DNA of 36,517 bases from a virus (taxonomy: Duplodnaviria; Caudoviricetes): positions 1-36,517 of the IMG/VR virus record IMGVR_UViG_3300016467_000213; one strand, 5' to 3'. The notes beneath the pieces are model-generated. The model was not told the origin of the DNA and did not search any database. It saw only the letters and a program-made list of their open reading frames with translations. Both the position numbers and the translations under genes were made by a program. Every line of letters starts with the position of its first letter. The first letter of the stretch is position 1. Positions 27,648-34,955 of the stretch are shown here, piece by piece.

Positions 27648-29159
27648 ATGGCTCAGCACGACTACATCATCTCTAACCAGTCGGGTGCTGCCTTCCGGCA
27701 AGACCTGAACAACGCGCTGGCAGCAATCGTCAGCCAGAACAGCGGAGCGGTTGAGCCAAGTACCACCTACGCCTACCAGTTCTGGGCTGATACGACGGCT
27801 GGCGTGCTGAAGCAGCGCAATGCCGCGAACAGTGCCTGGATCACGCTGTTCCAGCTGGACGGTGAATGGACCACCATCGCCCTAGAGAACGGCACGGCTG
27901 CTGCGCCTTCGCTGTACTTCAAGGACAGCGGCACCGACACTGGCGTCTACAGCCCTGGCGTTGATCAGGTTGGTGTGGCCACTGCTGGCGTGCAGCGCAT
28001 CAACTTCAACGGCTCCACGGAGGTGGTCGTCAACGACACCGGCGCAGACGTTGACTTCAGGATTGAGGGCGACACCGAGCCCAACCTGTTTGTGGTTGAT
28101 GCTGGCACCGATGAGGTGCGGGTCAAAAACCTGAACGGCGGTCAGCTTGCTGGTGCTCGCAACCGCATCATCAACGGTGACATGCGGATCAACCAGCGAA
28201 CGACAGCAGCGACGACAACCGGGGCTTTTGGAGTAGATCGCTGGTCGTTAGGAATTCTTTCAACAGGGGCTGTCTCTCTTGCTGGTAGCACAGCCACTGC
28301 ACCCGTCGGGTTTACGCATTCTTTGTACCTAGACGTAACCACGGCCGATACGTCTATTGCTGCCACTGAATTTGTCGGCATCAATCAACTGATTGAGGGG
28401 TTCAATGTTGCAGATCTTGGCTTCGGCACTGCAAACGCAAAGACGATAACCCTATCTTTCTGGATTCGCTCCACAACAACGGGAACTTACTGCGTTTCAT
28501 TCTGCAATAGCGGTTCGACCCGCTCTTATGTGGCGACGTACACCATCAACGCGGCTAACACCTGGGAGTACAAGACAATCAGCATCACTGGTGACACTTC
28601 TGGAACGTGGCTGACTGATTCAGGTGCTGGACTGACTGTACGATTTGCTTTCGCTGCTGGTAGCAATTTTCAAACCACTGCAGGCAGCTGGCAGGCTGGC
28701 AACTACACAGCAACTTCAGCGCAGACGAACCTGATGGCATTGAACACCAATGATGCATACATCTCTGGTGTTCAGTTAGAAGTCGGCTCCGTTGCTACGC
28801 CTTTCGAGCGGCGCAGCTACACCCAGGAGCTTGCTCTTTGCCAGAGATACTATTGCAAGACTTACAGCACAACCGCCGCACCTGGCGGTGTGACAAGTGC
28901 AGGAAACATCTCTACTATGGCACTTGCTAGTGGAGTCGCTCAAGTTAACTTTATATTTCCTGTTGACATGAGAAGTGAACCTAGCGTTACGCTTTACAAC
29001 GCTGTCACTGGAGCCACTGGAACATGGCGAGACGGTGCAGCAGTTGATCGTGCTGTAACTGCTCAGTGGATCTCAACAAGACAGGCGACTATAAGCTGTG
29101 CCACGGCTACAGCGGGCGCTTTTCTTCAGGGTCAAGCTGTTGCCCAAATCGAGCTGTAA
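27648..29159 (+). CDS. Tail fibre / receptor-binding protein 1
   Basis: MAQHDY..N..GA.FR.DLN anchor; RNRIINGDMRINQR carbohydrate-binding-like module; VQLEVGSVATPFERR..ELALCQRYY. Confidence 0.85.
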   Translation: MAQHDYIISNQSGAAFRQDLNNALAAIVSQNSGAVEPSTTYAYQFWADTTAGVLKQRNAANSAWITLFQLDGEWTTIALENGTAAAPSLYFKDSGTDTGVYSPGVDQVGVATAGVQRINFNGSTEVVVNDTGADVDFRIEGDTEPNLFVVDAGTDEVRVKNLNGGQLAGARNRIINGDMRINQRTTAATTTGAFGVDRWSLGILSTGAVSLAGSTATAPVGFTHSLYLDVTTADTSIAATEFVGINQLIEGFNVADLGFGTANAKTITLSFWIRSTTTGTYCVSFCNSGSTRSYVATYTINAANTWEYKTISITGDTSGTWLTDSGAGLTVRFAFAAGSNFQTTAGSWQAGNYTATSAQTNLMALNTNDAYISGVQLEVGSVATPFERRSYTQELALCQRYYCKTYSTTAAPGGVTSAGNISTMALASGVAQVNFIFPVDMRSEPSVTLYNAVTGATGTWRDGAAVDRAVTAQWISTRQATISCATATAGAFLQGQAVAQIEL

Positions 29160-29162
29160 CCC

Positions 29163-29408
29163 ATGACCTACCAACTTACACAAGGCGACACAATTCAGCG
29201 CCTTTCTGATAATGCGTTCATTCCTCCCAACCCTGACAACGCCGACTATCAGGCGTACTTGGCATGGGTTGAGGAGGGCAACGAGCCTCTTCCTGTTCCA
29301 GCGCCTGAACCAGCACCTGAGCTGACGCCTGCTGAGAAGCTCGCTGCTTCTGGACTAACCGTGGCTGAACTCAAAGAACTGCTGGGACTCCCCACTACTG
29401 AGGGCTGA
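29163..29408 (+). CDS. Putative tail fibre assembly protein
   Basis: FIPPNPDNADYQAYLAW...TPAEKLAASGLTVAELKELLG; directly after the fibre gene. Confidence 0.65.
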   Translation: MTYQLTQGDTIQRLSDNAFIPPNPDNADYQAYLAWVEEGNEPLPVPAPEPAPELTPAEKLAASGLTVAELKELLGLPTTEG

Positions 29409-29413
29409 TTGTC

Positions 29414-30184
29414 ATGGCATCACAGAAGATCACGCAATACCCGGCGCTCACGGCACCTGCTAGTGCAGACGTGCTGCCGATTATTGATGTCTCTGAAGCT
29501 TTACCTGAAAATCAAAACAAGAAGATTACTTACTCTGAGCTGCTAGCAAGCGCCCCAAGCGGGACTGCAGCAGCTCCTGCTTTTTCGTTTGATTCAGATC
29601 CAAACACCGGCATTTATAACTCCGGTGCAGACCAACTGGCACTGTCAACAGGTGGCACGGGACGGTTGTTTGTTGATAGCAATGGAAGAGTCAATATCGC
29701 TGGGACTACAGGTGCAACCTTAAAGGTTGGCGATGCTACTGCCCCTGCAGCCATTGATGGCACGGGCGCCGCTTATACGCCTCAGATCTATAACACACAA
29801 ACAGGTGGAATAGCTGGCATTGGCGTTTACACAAACGATGGAGTCAACAATCGAAGGACTTCGTTTTTTGTAGATCAGACCAATTCTTTATGGGGACTGT
29901 CTTTAAATTGGTCAAGCAGTGGACCTGCGCCGTTCGTAATACGTGACGCTGTTAGCGAGAAACTTCGTATTGACACGCAGGGCAGGTTGCTAGTGGGGAC
30001 GTCCTCTGACTCTGGCGGTGCTCTACTTCAGGTGAATGGAGATCGCATCAGAGTTGGAACCGCAAAAACACCAGCCTCTGCAACAGCAGCTGGCACCGCT
30101 GGTGAGATCTGCTGGGATGCAAACTACATCTACGTCTGTACCGCTACCAATACCTGGAAGCGGACCGCACTTACTACTTGGTAA
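29414..30184 (+). CDS. Tail fibre / spike protein 2
   Basis: KITQYPAL..ADVLPIID N-terminus; GTAAAPAFSF..DPNTGIY; C-terminal GTAGEICWDANYIYVCTATNTWKR. Confidence 0.8.
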   Translation: MASQKITQYPALTAPASADVLPIIDVSEALPENQNKKITYSELLASAPSGTAAAPAFSFDSDPNTGIYNSGADQLALSTGGTGRLFVDSNGRVNIAGTTGATLKVGDATAPAAIDGTGAAYTPQIYNTQTGGIAGIGVYTNDGVNNRRTSFFVDQTNSLWGLSLNWSSSGPAPFVIRDAVSEKLRIDTQGRLLVGTSSDSGGALLQVNGDRIRVGTAKTPASATAAGTAGEICWDANYIYVCTATNTWKRTALTTW

Positions 30185-30189
30185 CCAGC

Positions 30190-30330
30190 ATGGCAGTCCG
30201 CAGCAAGACCGGCACCTCACGCATTGAGCATCAGCCGGGGCCTCCCAAGGCCACACGCCAGGGATTTGGCCAACATTCGCGGCCACGCCGCAGAGGCAGA
30301 AAGAAGCTCCGGGGACAAGGGCGCGGCTAG
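30190..30330 (+). CDS. Small Arg/Gly-rich basic protein, 46 aa
   Basis: Translated by hand: MAVRSKTGTSRIEHQPGPPKATRQGFGQHSRPRRRGRKKLRGQGRG; fills the gap after fibre 2. Confidence 0.7.
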   Translation: MAVRSKTGTSRIEHQPGPPKATRQGFGQHSRPRRRGRKKLRGQGRG

Positions 30331-30400
30331 ACGCTTGCCGACGCAGCCGGGATTGGTAACGGTCCCGCTCGTTACGATGTGATCGAGCCAGGGCGCCCCG

Positions 30401-30634
30401 ATGGTGGACGAACCCAAATCAGTCGGCGGTCTGTTCGCTGCTTCCCTCCCGGCGGCGCTGGCGGCTGGCATGGTTGCCATCGGGGCGCTGCTGATTTCAA
30501 TGCAAGTGCAGTCCGCACGGATCGAAGCCACGCTGGTGCAGCTGGCGAAATCCGTCGATGAGTTGAAGACTGACGCGCGCTCGCAGCTGGCGCAGCTGGA
30601 CCAGCGCGTGCGTGCCCTTGAAATGCGCCCCTAA
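30401..30634 (+). CDS. Membrane protein with one TM helix and a coiled coil (lysis cassette)
   Basis: Hydrophobic LPAALAAGMVAIGALLI followed by a heptad region ending LDQRVRALE. Confidence 0.7.
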   Translation: MVDEPKSVGGLFAASLPAALAAGMVAIGALLISMQVQSARIEATLVQLAKSVDELKTDARSQLAQLDQRVRALEMRP

Positions 30635-30649
30635 CCTTGGAGCACTCAC

Positions 30650-30799
30650 ATGGATGCCATGAGCCCTGAGACCCTCGCCGCGATCGCCATCATCGTCGCG
30701 GCTGGTTCTGAGCTGATTGCCATCAGCCCGCTGAAGTCGAACAGCTGGATCCAGCTGCTGCTCCAAGCCGCCAAGCTCGCTTTTCCAAAGCGCCGCTGA
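30650..30799 (+). CDS. Putative holin, 49 aa
   Basis: Translated by hand: MDAMSPETLAAIAIIVAAGSELIAISPLKSNSWIQLLLQAAKLAFPKRR; GGAG SD; basic tail; ends just before the endolysin start. Confidence 0.65.
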   Translation: MDAMSPETLAAIAIIVAAGSELIAISPLKSNSWIQLLLQAAKLAFPKRR

Positions 30800-30800
30800 G

Positions 30801-31883
30801 ATGGCCAACGCCGCGCCGATCACCCTAGAGCAGCTGTTTCGGTTCTACCGGGGCCTGCCGCATCAGGCCGCGGCGATCGCCCAGCTGGAGCAAGACCTTG
30901 CCCTGAACGGGTACGCCGCAGCCATGCGCCGGGACCGGGCGTGGTTTCAGACTTGGAGCCAAGACGGCAAGCCGGCGGATCTGGCGGCGGCGCTGAAGCT
31001 GATCAAGGACTTCGAGGGCTGCCACCTCGACGCCTACCCCGATCCGCTCTCCGGTGGCGCGCCGTGGACGATCGGCTACGGGACCACGCGCTACAGCGAC
31101 GGCCGGCCGGTGAAGAAGGGCGACCGGATCAACGTCATCGAGGCCGACATGCTGCTGCGGCTGGAGGTGGACAAGATCGCCGCCACGCTCCGCAGCTCCG
31201 TGCCCTACTGGATCGAGATGACCGACGCGCAGAAGTGCACGCTCATCTCCTTTGCCTACAACCTCGGCTCCGGCTTCTATGGCGCCAAGGGCTTTGAGAC
31301 CATCAGCAAGCGGCTACGCGAGAAGGACTGGGCAGGTGTGCCCGATGCCCTGCTGCTCTACCGCAACCCTGGCACCAACGTGGAGGCTGGCCTCAAGCGG
31401 CGCCGCATCGCAGAAGGCGACCTATGGGGGCGAGAGCGGCAGACCACTGGCCCGATCTCCGCGATGTTCACGCCGGAGAGCCCGTTCACCCACAAGCTGA
31501 CGCCGCACATCACCTACGGCGAGTTTGCGCTCAATCAGGAGGCCCGCCGCTTCGATCATCAGCACCAGTGCGACACCGCCATGCGGATCGCGCAGTTTCT
31601 GGAGCGCACCCGCGCGCAGTTCGGCGGCCGGCCGGTGGTAATCACCTCCGGCTACCGGCCTGCAGCGATCAACAAGCTGGTGGGTGGCGCCTCTGGATCT
31701 GAGCACCTCTATGACGCGCCCGGCGTGGGCGCGGTGGACTTCTACATCCAGGGCGCCGACATCAACGCGGTGCAGGCGTGGTGCGATAAGGAGTGGCCCT
31801 ACTCGCTGGGGTACGGTGCGCCGCGTGGCTTCGTGCATCTTGGCATCCGTAAAGGCGCGCCTAGGGTTCGCTGGGATTACTAA
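30801..31883 (+). CDS. Endolysin: GH24 lysozyme plus M15 peptidase
   Basis: FEGCHLDAYPD..WTIGYGTT, SFAYNLG, GLKRRR.AE; ITSGYR, SEH, AVDF, FVHLG. Confidence 0.92.
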   Translation: MANAAPITLEQLFRFYRGLPHQAAAIAQLEQDLALNGYAAAMRRDRAWFQTWSQDGKPADLAAALKLIKDFEGCHLDAYPDPLSGGAPWTIGYGTTRYSDGRPVKKGDRINVIEADMLLRLEVDKIAATLRSSVPYWIEMTDAQKCTLISFAYNLGSGFYGAKGFETISKRLREKDWAGVPDALLLYRNPGTNVEAGLKRRRIAEGDLWGRERQTTGPISAMFTPESPFTHKLTPHITYGEFALNQEARRFDHQHQCDTAMRIAQFLERTRAQFGGRPVVITSGYRPAAINKLVGGASGSEHLYDAPGVGAVDFYIQGADINAVQAWCDKEWPYSLGYGAPRGFVHLGIRKGAPRVRWDY

Positions 31884-31891
31884 CCAGCTGG

Positions 31892-32407
31892 ATGCCCCTC
31901 CCCGACTACGAGATCCACGACCTGTGCAAGCGGCACGCGATGGTGGTGCCCTTTGATCCTGATCTGGTGAACCCGGCCAGCCTTGATGTGCTGCTGGGCG
32001 ATCGGCTGATGATCGAGATGCCCGAGAGCCGCGAACTGCAGATCCACGGCATCAGCGGCCACACGCAAGACGACCCCTACTGGCTGCAGCCGGGTGAGTT
32101 TTGCCTCGCAGAAACCCGCGAGATCTTCAACCTGCCGGACTTCATCGCCGCGCAGTTCGTGCTGAAGTCCAGCCGCGCACGCGAGGGTCTGGAGCACCTG
32201 CTGGCCGGCTGGTGCGATCCTGGCTGGCATGGCAGCCGCCTGACGCTGGAGCTGAGCAACGCGCGCAAGATGCACCCGGTAGCGATCTGGCCCGGCATGA
32301 AGATCGGCCAGATGGTGTTCCACAAGATGATGGGCATCCCCGGCCGCAGCTATGCGGTGACTGGCAGGTACAACGGTGATCTGGCGGTCACCAGCAGCAA
32401 GGGCTAG
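31892..32407 (+). CDS. dcd: dCTP deaminase
   Basis: NPASLDVLLG, LQPGEFCLAET.E, KSSRAREG, AGWCDPGW.G.LTLEL, GMKIGQMVF. Confidence 0.93.
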   Translation: MPLPDYEIHDLCKRHAMVVPFDPDLVNPASLDVLLGDRLMIEMPESRELQIHGISGHTQDDPYWLQPGEFCLAETREIFNLPDFIAAQFVLKSSRAREGLEHLLAGWCDPGWHGSRLTLELSNARKMHPVAIWPGMKIGQMVFHKMMGIPGRSYAVTGRYNGDLAVTSSKG

Positions 32408-32439
32408 CCTTGGCAGGGAGAACCCCTGTGGACGACGGA

Positions 32440-32468
32440 GCCCCGCCTAGCCCGCGGGGTTTTTATTT
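32440..32468 (+). terminator. Rho-independent terminator at the end of the late operon
   Basis: GCCCCGC-CTAGCCC-GCGGGGT followed by TTTTATTT. Confidence 0.75.
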
Positions 32469-32537
32469 GACCGCGATGGCATCCCCGGTCAGCGAGGCGG
32501 CAGCCTTGGCGGCATCGTCCATCAGGAAGGCGTACAC
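32463..32537 (-). pseudogene. Possible tyrosine-integrase C-terminal relic
   Basis: Reads VYAFLMDDAAKAAASLTGDAIAVK-stop, resembling the integrase tail T.RYAHL.DD...AA...G..I. Confidence 0.35.
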
Positions 32538-32731
32538 TATTCGCGCGCCTTCATCGGGTGCTTCAGCTCAGCCATCCGCAGCCGGTGGATCCGGTTGGGC
32601 GCCTCGCAGGGATCATCCAGCGGGATCAGGGTGAAGTCGTCACAGCCGTGGCGCTCTGCCCAGACTTGCGCGCCGATGTGGTTGTCGAACGGTCCGACGT
32701 GCCACGGACCGATGCGGAGGATGTAGGTCAT
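32537..32731 (-). CDS. Hypothetical protein
   Basis: 64 aa ORF, ATGA-coupled to the upstream ORF. Confidence 0.7.
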   Translation of the reverse strand: MTYILRIGPWHVGPFDNHIGAQVWAERHGCDDFTLIPLDDPCEAPNRIHRLRMAELKHPMKARE

Positions 32732-32829
32732 GGGTTGCGGCGCAGATGCTTGATCACCAGCGCCTTGCTCAGCTGGTAAAGGGCCATGCCGGCAACGAGC
32801 GGCAGCAGCTTGTAGAGAACGAAATCCAT
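32728..32829 (-). CDS. Small hydrophobic protein, 33 aa
   Basis: Translated by hand: MDFVLYKLLPLVAGMALYQLSKALVIKHLRRNP; stop overlaps the next ATG. Confidence 0.5.
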   Translation of the reverse strand: MDFVLYKLLPLVAGMALYQLSKALVIKHLRRNP

Positions 32830-32844
32830 GGGTTGAGAGTAGGT

Positions 32845-32869
32845 AAGAAAAAGCCCGCCGGAGCGGGCT
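32845..32869 (-). terminator. Rho-independent terminator, minus strand
   Basis: AGCCCGC-TCCG-GCGGGCT followed by TTTTCTT. Confidence 0.8.
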
Positions 32870-32875
32870 GGTGGA

Positions 32876-33049
32876 TCAGGCCAGGTCGTCCCAAGTTGCG
32901 AAGGCTTCGGCGGCGGCGGCCTCGATGGAGCAGCCGGTGCCGCGGCGGATCACCTCGGTGGTAAAGGTGACGGAAGCGATCAGCTGGTCGGAGGGGCTGG
33001 TGACGCCTGCAGCGGTGATAGCGGCGAGGGCGGCGGTGGAGTAAGTCAT
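32876..33049 (-). CDS. Small Ala-rich early protein, 57 aa
   Basis: Translated by hand: MTYSTAALAAITAAGVTSPSDQLIASVTFTTEVIRRGTGCSIEAAAAEAFATWDDLA; bracketed by a promoter and a terminator. Confidence 0.75.
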   Translation of the reverse strand: MTYSTAALAAITAAGVTSPSDQLIASVTFTTEVIRRGTGCSIEAAAAEAFATWDDLA

Positions 33050-33065
33050 TAGTCCGGTGCGTTGT

Positions 33066-33135
33066 TGAACTAACTATACCCCTCCGACGGGGCACCCTTC
33101 CCCATCGCGCTGTCCCGTTCACAATCCGTCACAAG
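33066..33135 (-). promoter_or_regulatory. Leftward early promoter copy 2 with upstream HLR1-like direct repeat
   Basis: Minus strand CCCGTCGGAGGGGTATAGTTAGTTCA (-10 TATAGT); TTCACAAT-CC-GTCACAAG at 33118-33135. Confidence 0.65.
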
Positions 33136-33182
33136 CCCGTTTCGGTTCCGCTCGCTACCGTTGGCCCAGCGGCGGCCAGCCC

Positions 33183-33365
33183 ATGCGGGCGTTCTACCTA
33201 GAGATCTCCGCCAAGCTGATCATCCGATCCGACTCCGCACCCGACGACCTGCCAGCCGACATCTACAGCCAGCTGGCCGAGTTCATCCCCTCCGATGAAG
33301 ACATCATCGACATCGAGGTGGACTGCGTTCCCCTGCCGCCGGACCTTGGACCGTCATCACATTGA
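33183..33365 (+). CDS. Acidic hypothetical protein
   Basis: 60 aa ORF overlapping the HNH start. Confidence 0.7.
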   Translation: MRAFYLEISAKLIIRSDSAPDDLPADIYSQLAEFIPSDEDIIDIEVDCVPLPPDLGPSSH

Positions 33366-33651
33366 AGAGACGCGCCTAGTCACCAGACGCTCGGCGCGCG
33401 ATCAGATCCTGCTCGCCTGGAACTACCGCTGCGCCTACTGCGGTGACCCGCTCGGCCGCTCCCCGACCCTCGATCATGTGGTGCCCAAGGTCCACGGCGG
33501 TCTGACAGTGCGCGAGAACTTGGTGGCCTGCTGCTGGGCGTGTAACTCCTCTAAGAGTGGATCGCCGTGGGTTGACTGGTATCGGCGGCAGCCGTTCTGG
33601 TCCACGCTGGGCGAGTGGGCGATTGCGCGGTGGGTGGCTAAAGAGGAGTAA
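33346..33651 (+). CDS. HNH endonuclease
   Basis: CAYC...TLDHVVP..GG...NLVACCWACNSSK; TTG start inferred. Confidence 0.9.
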   Translation: MDRHHIEETRLVTRRSARDQILLAWNYRCAYCGDPLGRSPTLDHVVPKVHGGLTVRENLVACCWACNSSKSGSPWVDWYRRQPFWSTLGEWAIARWVAKEE

Positions 33652-33697
33652 GATTTCGGTTCCTTCTTTCTTTGGAGAGAACGGAATAGTCCGTAGC

Positions 33698-33746
33698 TGC
33701 CCGGCTGCGGTGAGGCTGGCACCGCGTGAGGACCAGCCACCGGGCA
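33698..33746. ncRNA. Candidate structured RNA (pseudoknot / alternative folds)
   Basis: Three perfect complementary pairs in 49 nt: TGCCCGG/CCGGGCA, GCGGTG/CACCGC, GGCTGG/CCAGCC; intergenic between convergent genes. Confidence 0.45.
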
Positions 33747-33752
33747 CCACAA

Positions 33753-33839
33753 TCACGGCAGGATTCTGCTGCAGACCCACAACGCGATCAGACAGGTCGC
33801 CCAATACTCCACGATCAGGATCAGCACGTCGCGGAGCAT
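33753..33839 (-). CDS. Small single-TM protein, 28 aa
   Basis: MLRDVLILIVEYWATCLIALWVCSRILP; TGATG coupling to the upstream ORF. Confidence 0.5.
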   Translation of the reverse strand: MLRDVLILIVEYWATCLIALWVCSRILP

Positions 33840-34012
33840 CAGCGGGCAAGCAGGTGGTCGAGGTACAGCTCCGCTTGCCACAGGTCGGAGCTATAGCGGC
33901 AGGTGCCACCGACGCAGCTGCGGTAGTACAGCTCACCGCCTTCGTCAGGCTCCAGCGTCTCGATCCATCCGCCGCCACGATCAGTGCGGCCAATCACCTT
34001 CGGCTGGCTCAT
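33839..34012 (-). CDS. Hypothetical protein
   Basis: MSQPKVIGRTD...YYRSCVGGTCRYSSDLWQA; part of the coupled operon. Confidence 0.7.
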   Translation of the reverse strand: MSQPKVIGRTDRGGGWIETLEPDEGGELYYRSCVGGTCRYSSDLWQAELYLDHLLAR

Positions 34013-34322
34013 AGATCTCGCACCTAGCCGCATAACGGCCGCCGCTCTGCTTCGATTCTGGCAACGACATCTCGCAGCGGTTCCGGTGCGTGTCCCAGTG
34101 CAGACAATCCCAGCACATGCGCTGGCCGCCAGCTGGCCGTAGCTGCACCAGTGCCGCTTGGTAGATCGCTTGCGCGCGGATCAGAGCGGTCTGCAGGTGC
34201 ATGGTGCCCGTGTCGGCATCCAGCTGGTGCTCAGGCTTTGGCCCAAGGATCACCCGTGCGTGCCAGTTGCGATCGGAGCGGCTGCACACCAGCAGCAGTC
34301 GGCCGGCGTGCAGTCTGATCAC
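33981..34322 (-). CDS. Hypothetical protein with C-terminal Cys4 cluster
   Basis: CWDCLHW...C...C; N-terminal WHARV...TGT..L..A...A..IY. Confidence 0.75.
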   Translation of the reverse strand: MIRLHAGRLLLVCSRSDRNWHARVILGPKPEHQLDADTGTMHLQTALIRAQAIYQAALVQLRPAGGQRMCWDCLHWDTHRNRCEMSLPESKQSGGRYAARCEIYEPAEGDWPH

Positions 34323-34552
34323 TCCTCCTCTCCGTATGCCGGCTGGTGGTAGATCCGCTCCAGCTGCATTGAGGCGGGCTCTGCCTGCCCGTTGGTGACA
34401 TAGGCGGCCAGATCATCCGTTGGATCCGCCGCAGTGAACACCGCTGGCCATAGCCGCTCCTTCACCACCACCAGACTGGTGCGCGGGCTACGCACCAGGA
34501 TCCACAGCGCAAGGCGCTCGATCAGGTTGAGGCCGGGAAGGAATGGCATCAT
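34319..34552 (-). CDS. Hypothetical protein
   Basis: 4-nt start/stop overlaps on both sides. Confidence 0.7.
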   Translation of the reverse strand: MMPFLPGLNLIERLALWILVRSPRTSLVVVKERLWPAVFTAADPTDDLAAYVTNGQAEPASMQLERIYHQPAYGEEE

Positions 34553-34761
34553 TCCTCCAGTTTGCCGAGCAGTCGCCGTAGATACCACTGCGCCTTGGCT
34601 AGGGACACCGCCTCACCCTTATGGCGCTCGCGCCAGGTGTACTTGATGATGTTCCCTTTGCAGTAGCCGCGGAACTCCTCAGGCGTCAGGGCAGCCTCGA
34701 TCGCGTCGATGCACTCGACACTGCCCTGCTTGTAGTGGTCTGGGTTGATCTGGTCGCTCAT
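34549..34761 (-). CDS. DUF3310 protein (related to the T7 gp1.7 nucleotide kinase family)
   Basis: INPDHY..G.VECIDAI...GYCKGNIIKY.WR..HKG...L.KA.WYL. Confidence 0.9.
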   Translation of the reverse strand: MSDQINPDHYKQGSVECIDAIEAALTPEEFRGYCKGNIIKYTWRERHKGEAVSLAKAQWYLRRLLGKLEE

Positions 34762-34955
34762 GCCATCACCTGCTGCTCTGCGTTCTTCCACTTCTTGCGG
34801 TTCACGATCTCGCTGACATGCGGCACAGAGATGCCGTAGGTGATCGCAATACTGAGCATGGTCTCGCCCTTGGCGTACAGCTGCCGGATCTCGATCGCGT
34901 TCTGAGGTGTCAATACTGCAGTGCTGGGGATGTGGCCAGCCTTGAAGGTGTTCAC
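34758..34955 (-). CDS. Small HTH DNA-binding protein
   Basis: LT...AIEIRQLYAKGET..SIAITYGIS..HVSEIVNRKKWK. Confidence 0.75.
   Translation of the reverse strand: MNTFKAGHIPSTAVLTPQNAIEIRQLYAKGETMLSIAITYGISVPHVSEIVNRKKWKNAEQQVMA

Noticed and set aside
27648-30184. Diversity-generating retroelement or invertible fibre cassette
   Set aside because: No reverse transcriptase, invertase or template/variable repeat pair was seen
30650-30661. Lambda S-type dual-start holin/antiholin (Met-Asp-Ala-Met)
   Set aside because: The extension is acidic rather than Lys/Arg, so the canonical mechanism is unsupported
33698-33746. HDV-like ribozyme on the minus strand (UCCUCACG resembles L3)
   Set aside because: No P3 stem flanks the loop and the P1/P2 order does not fit
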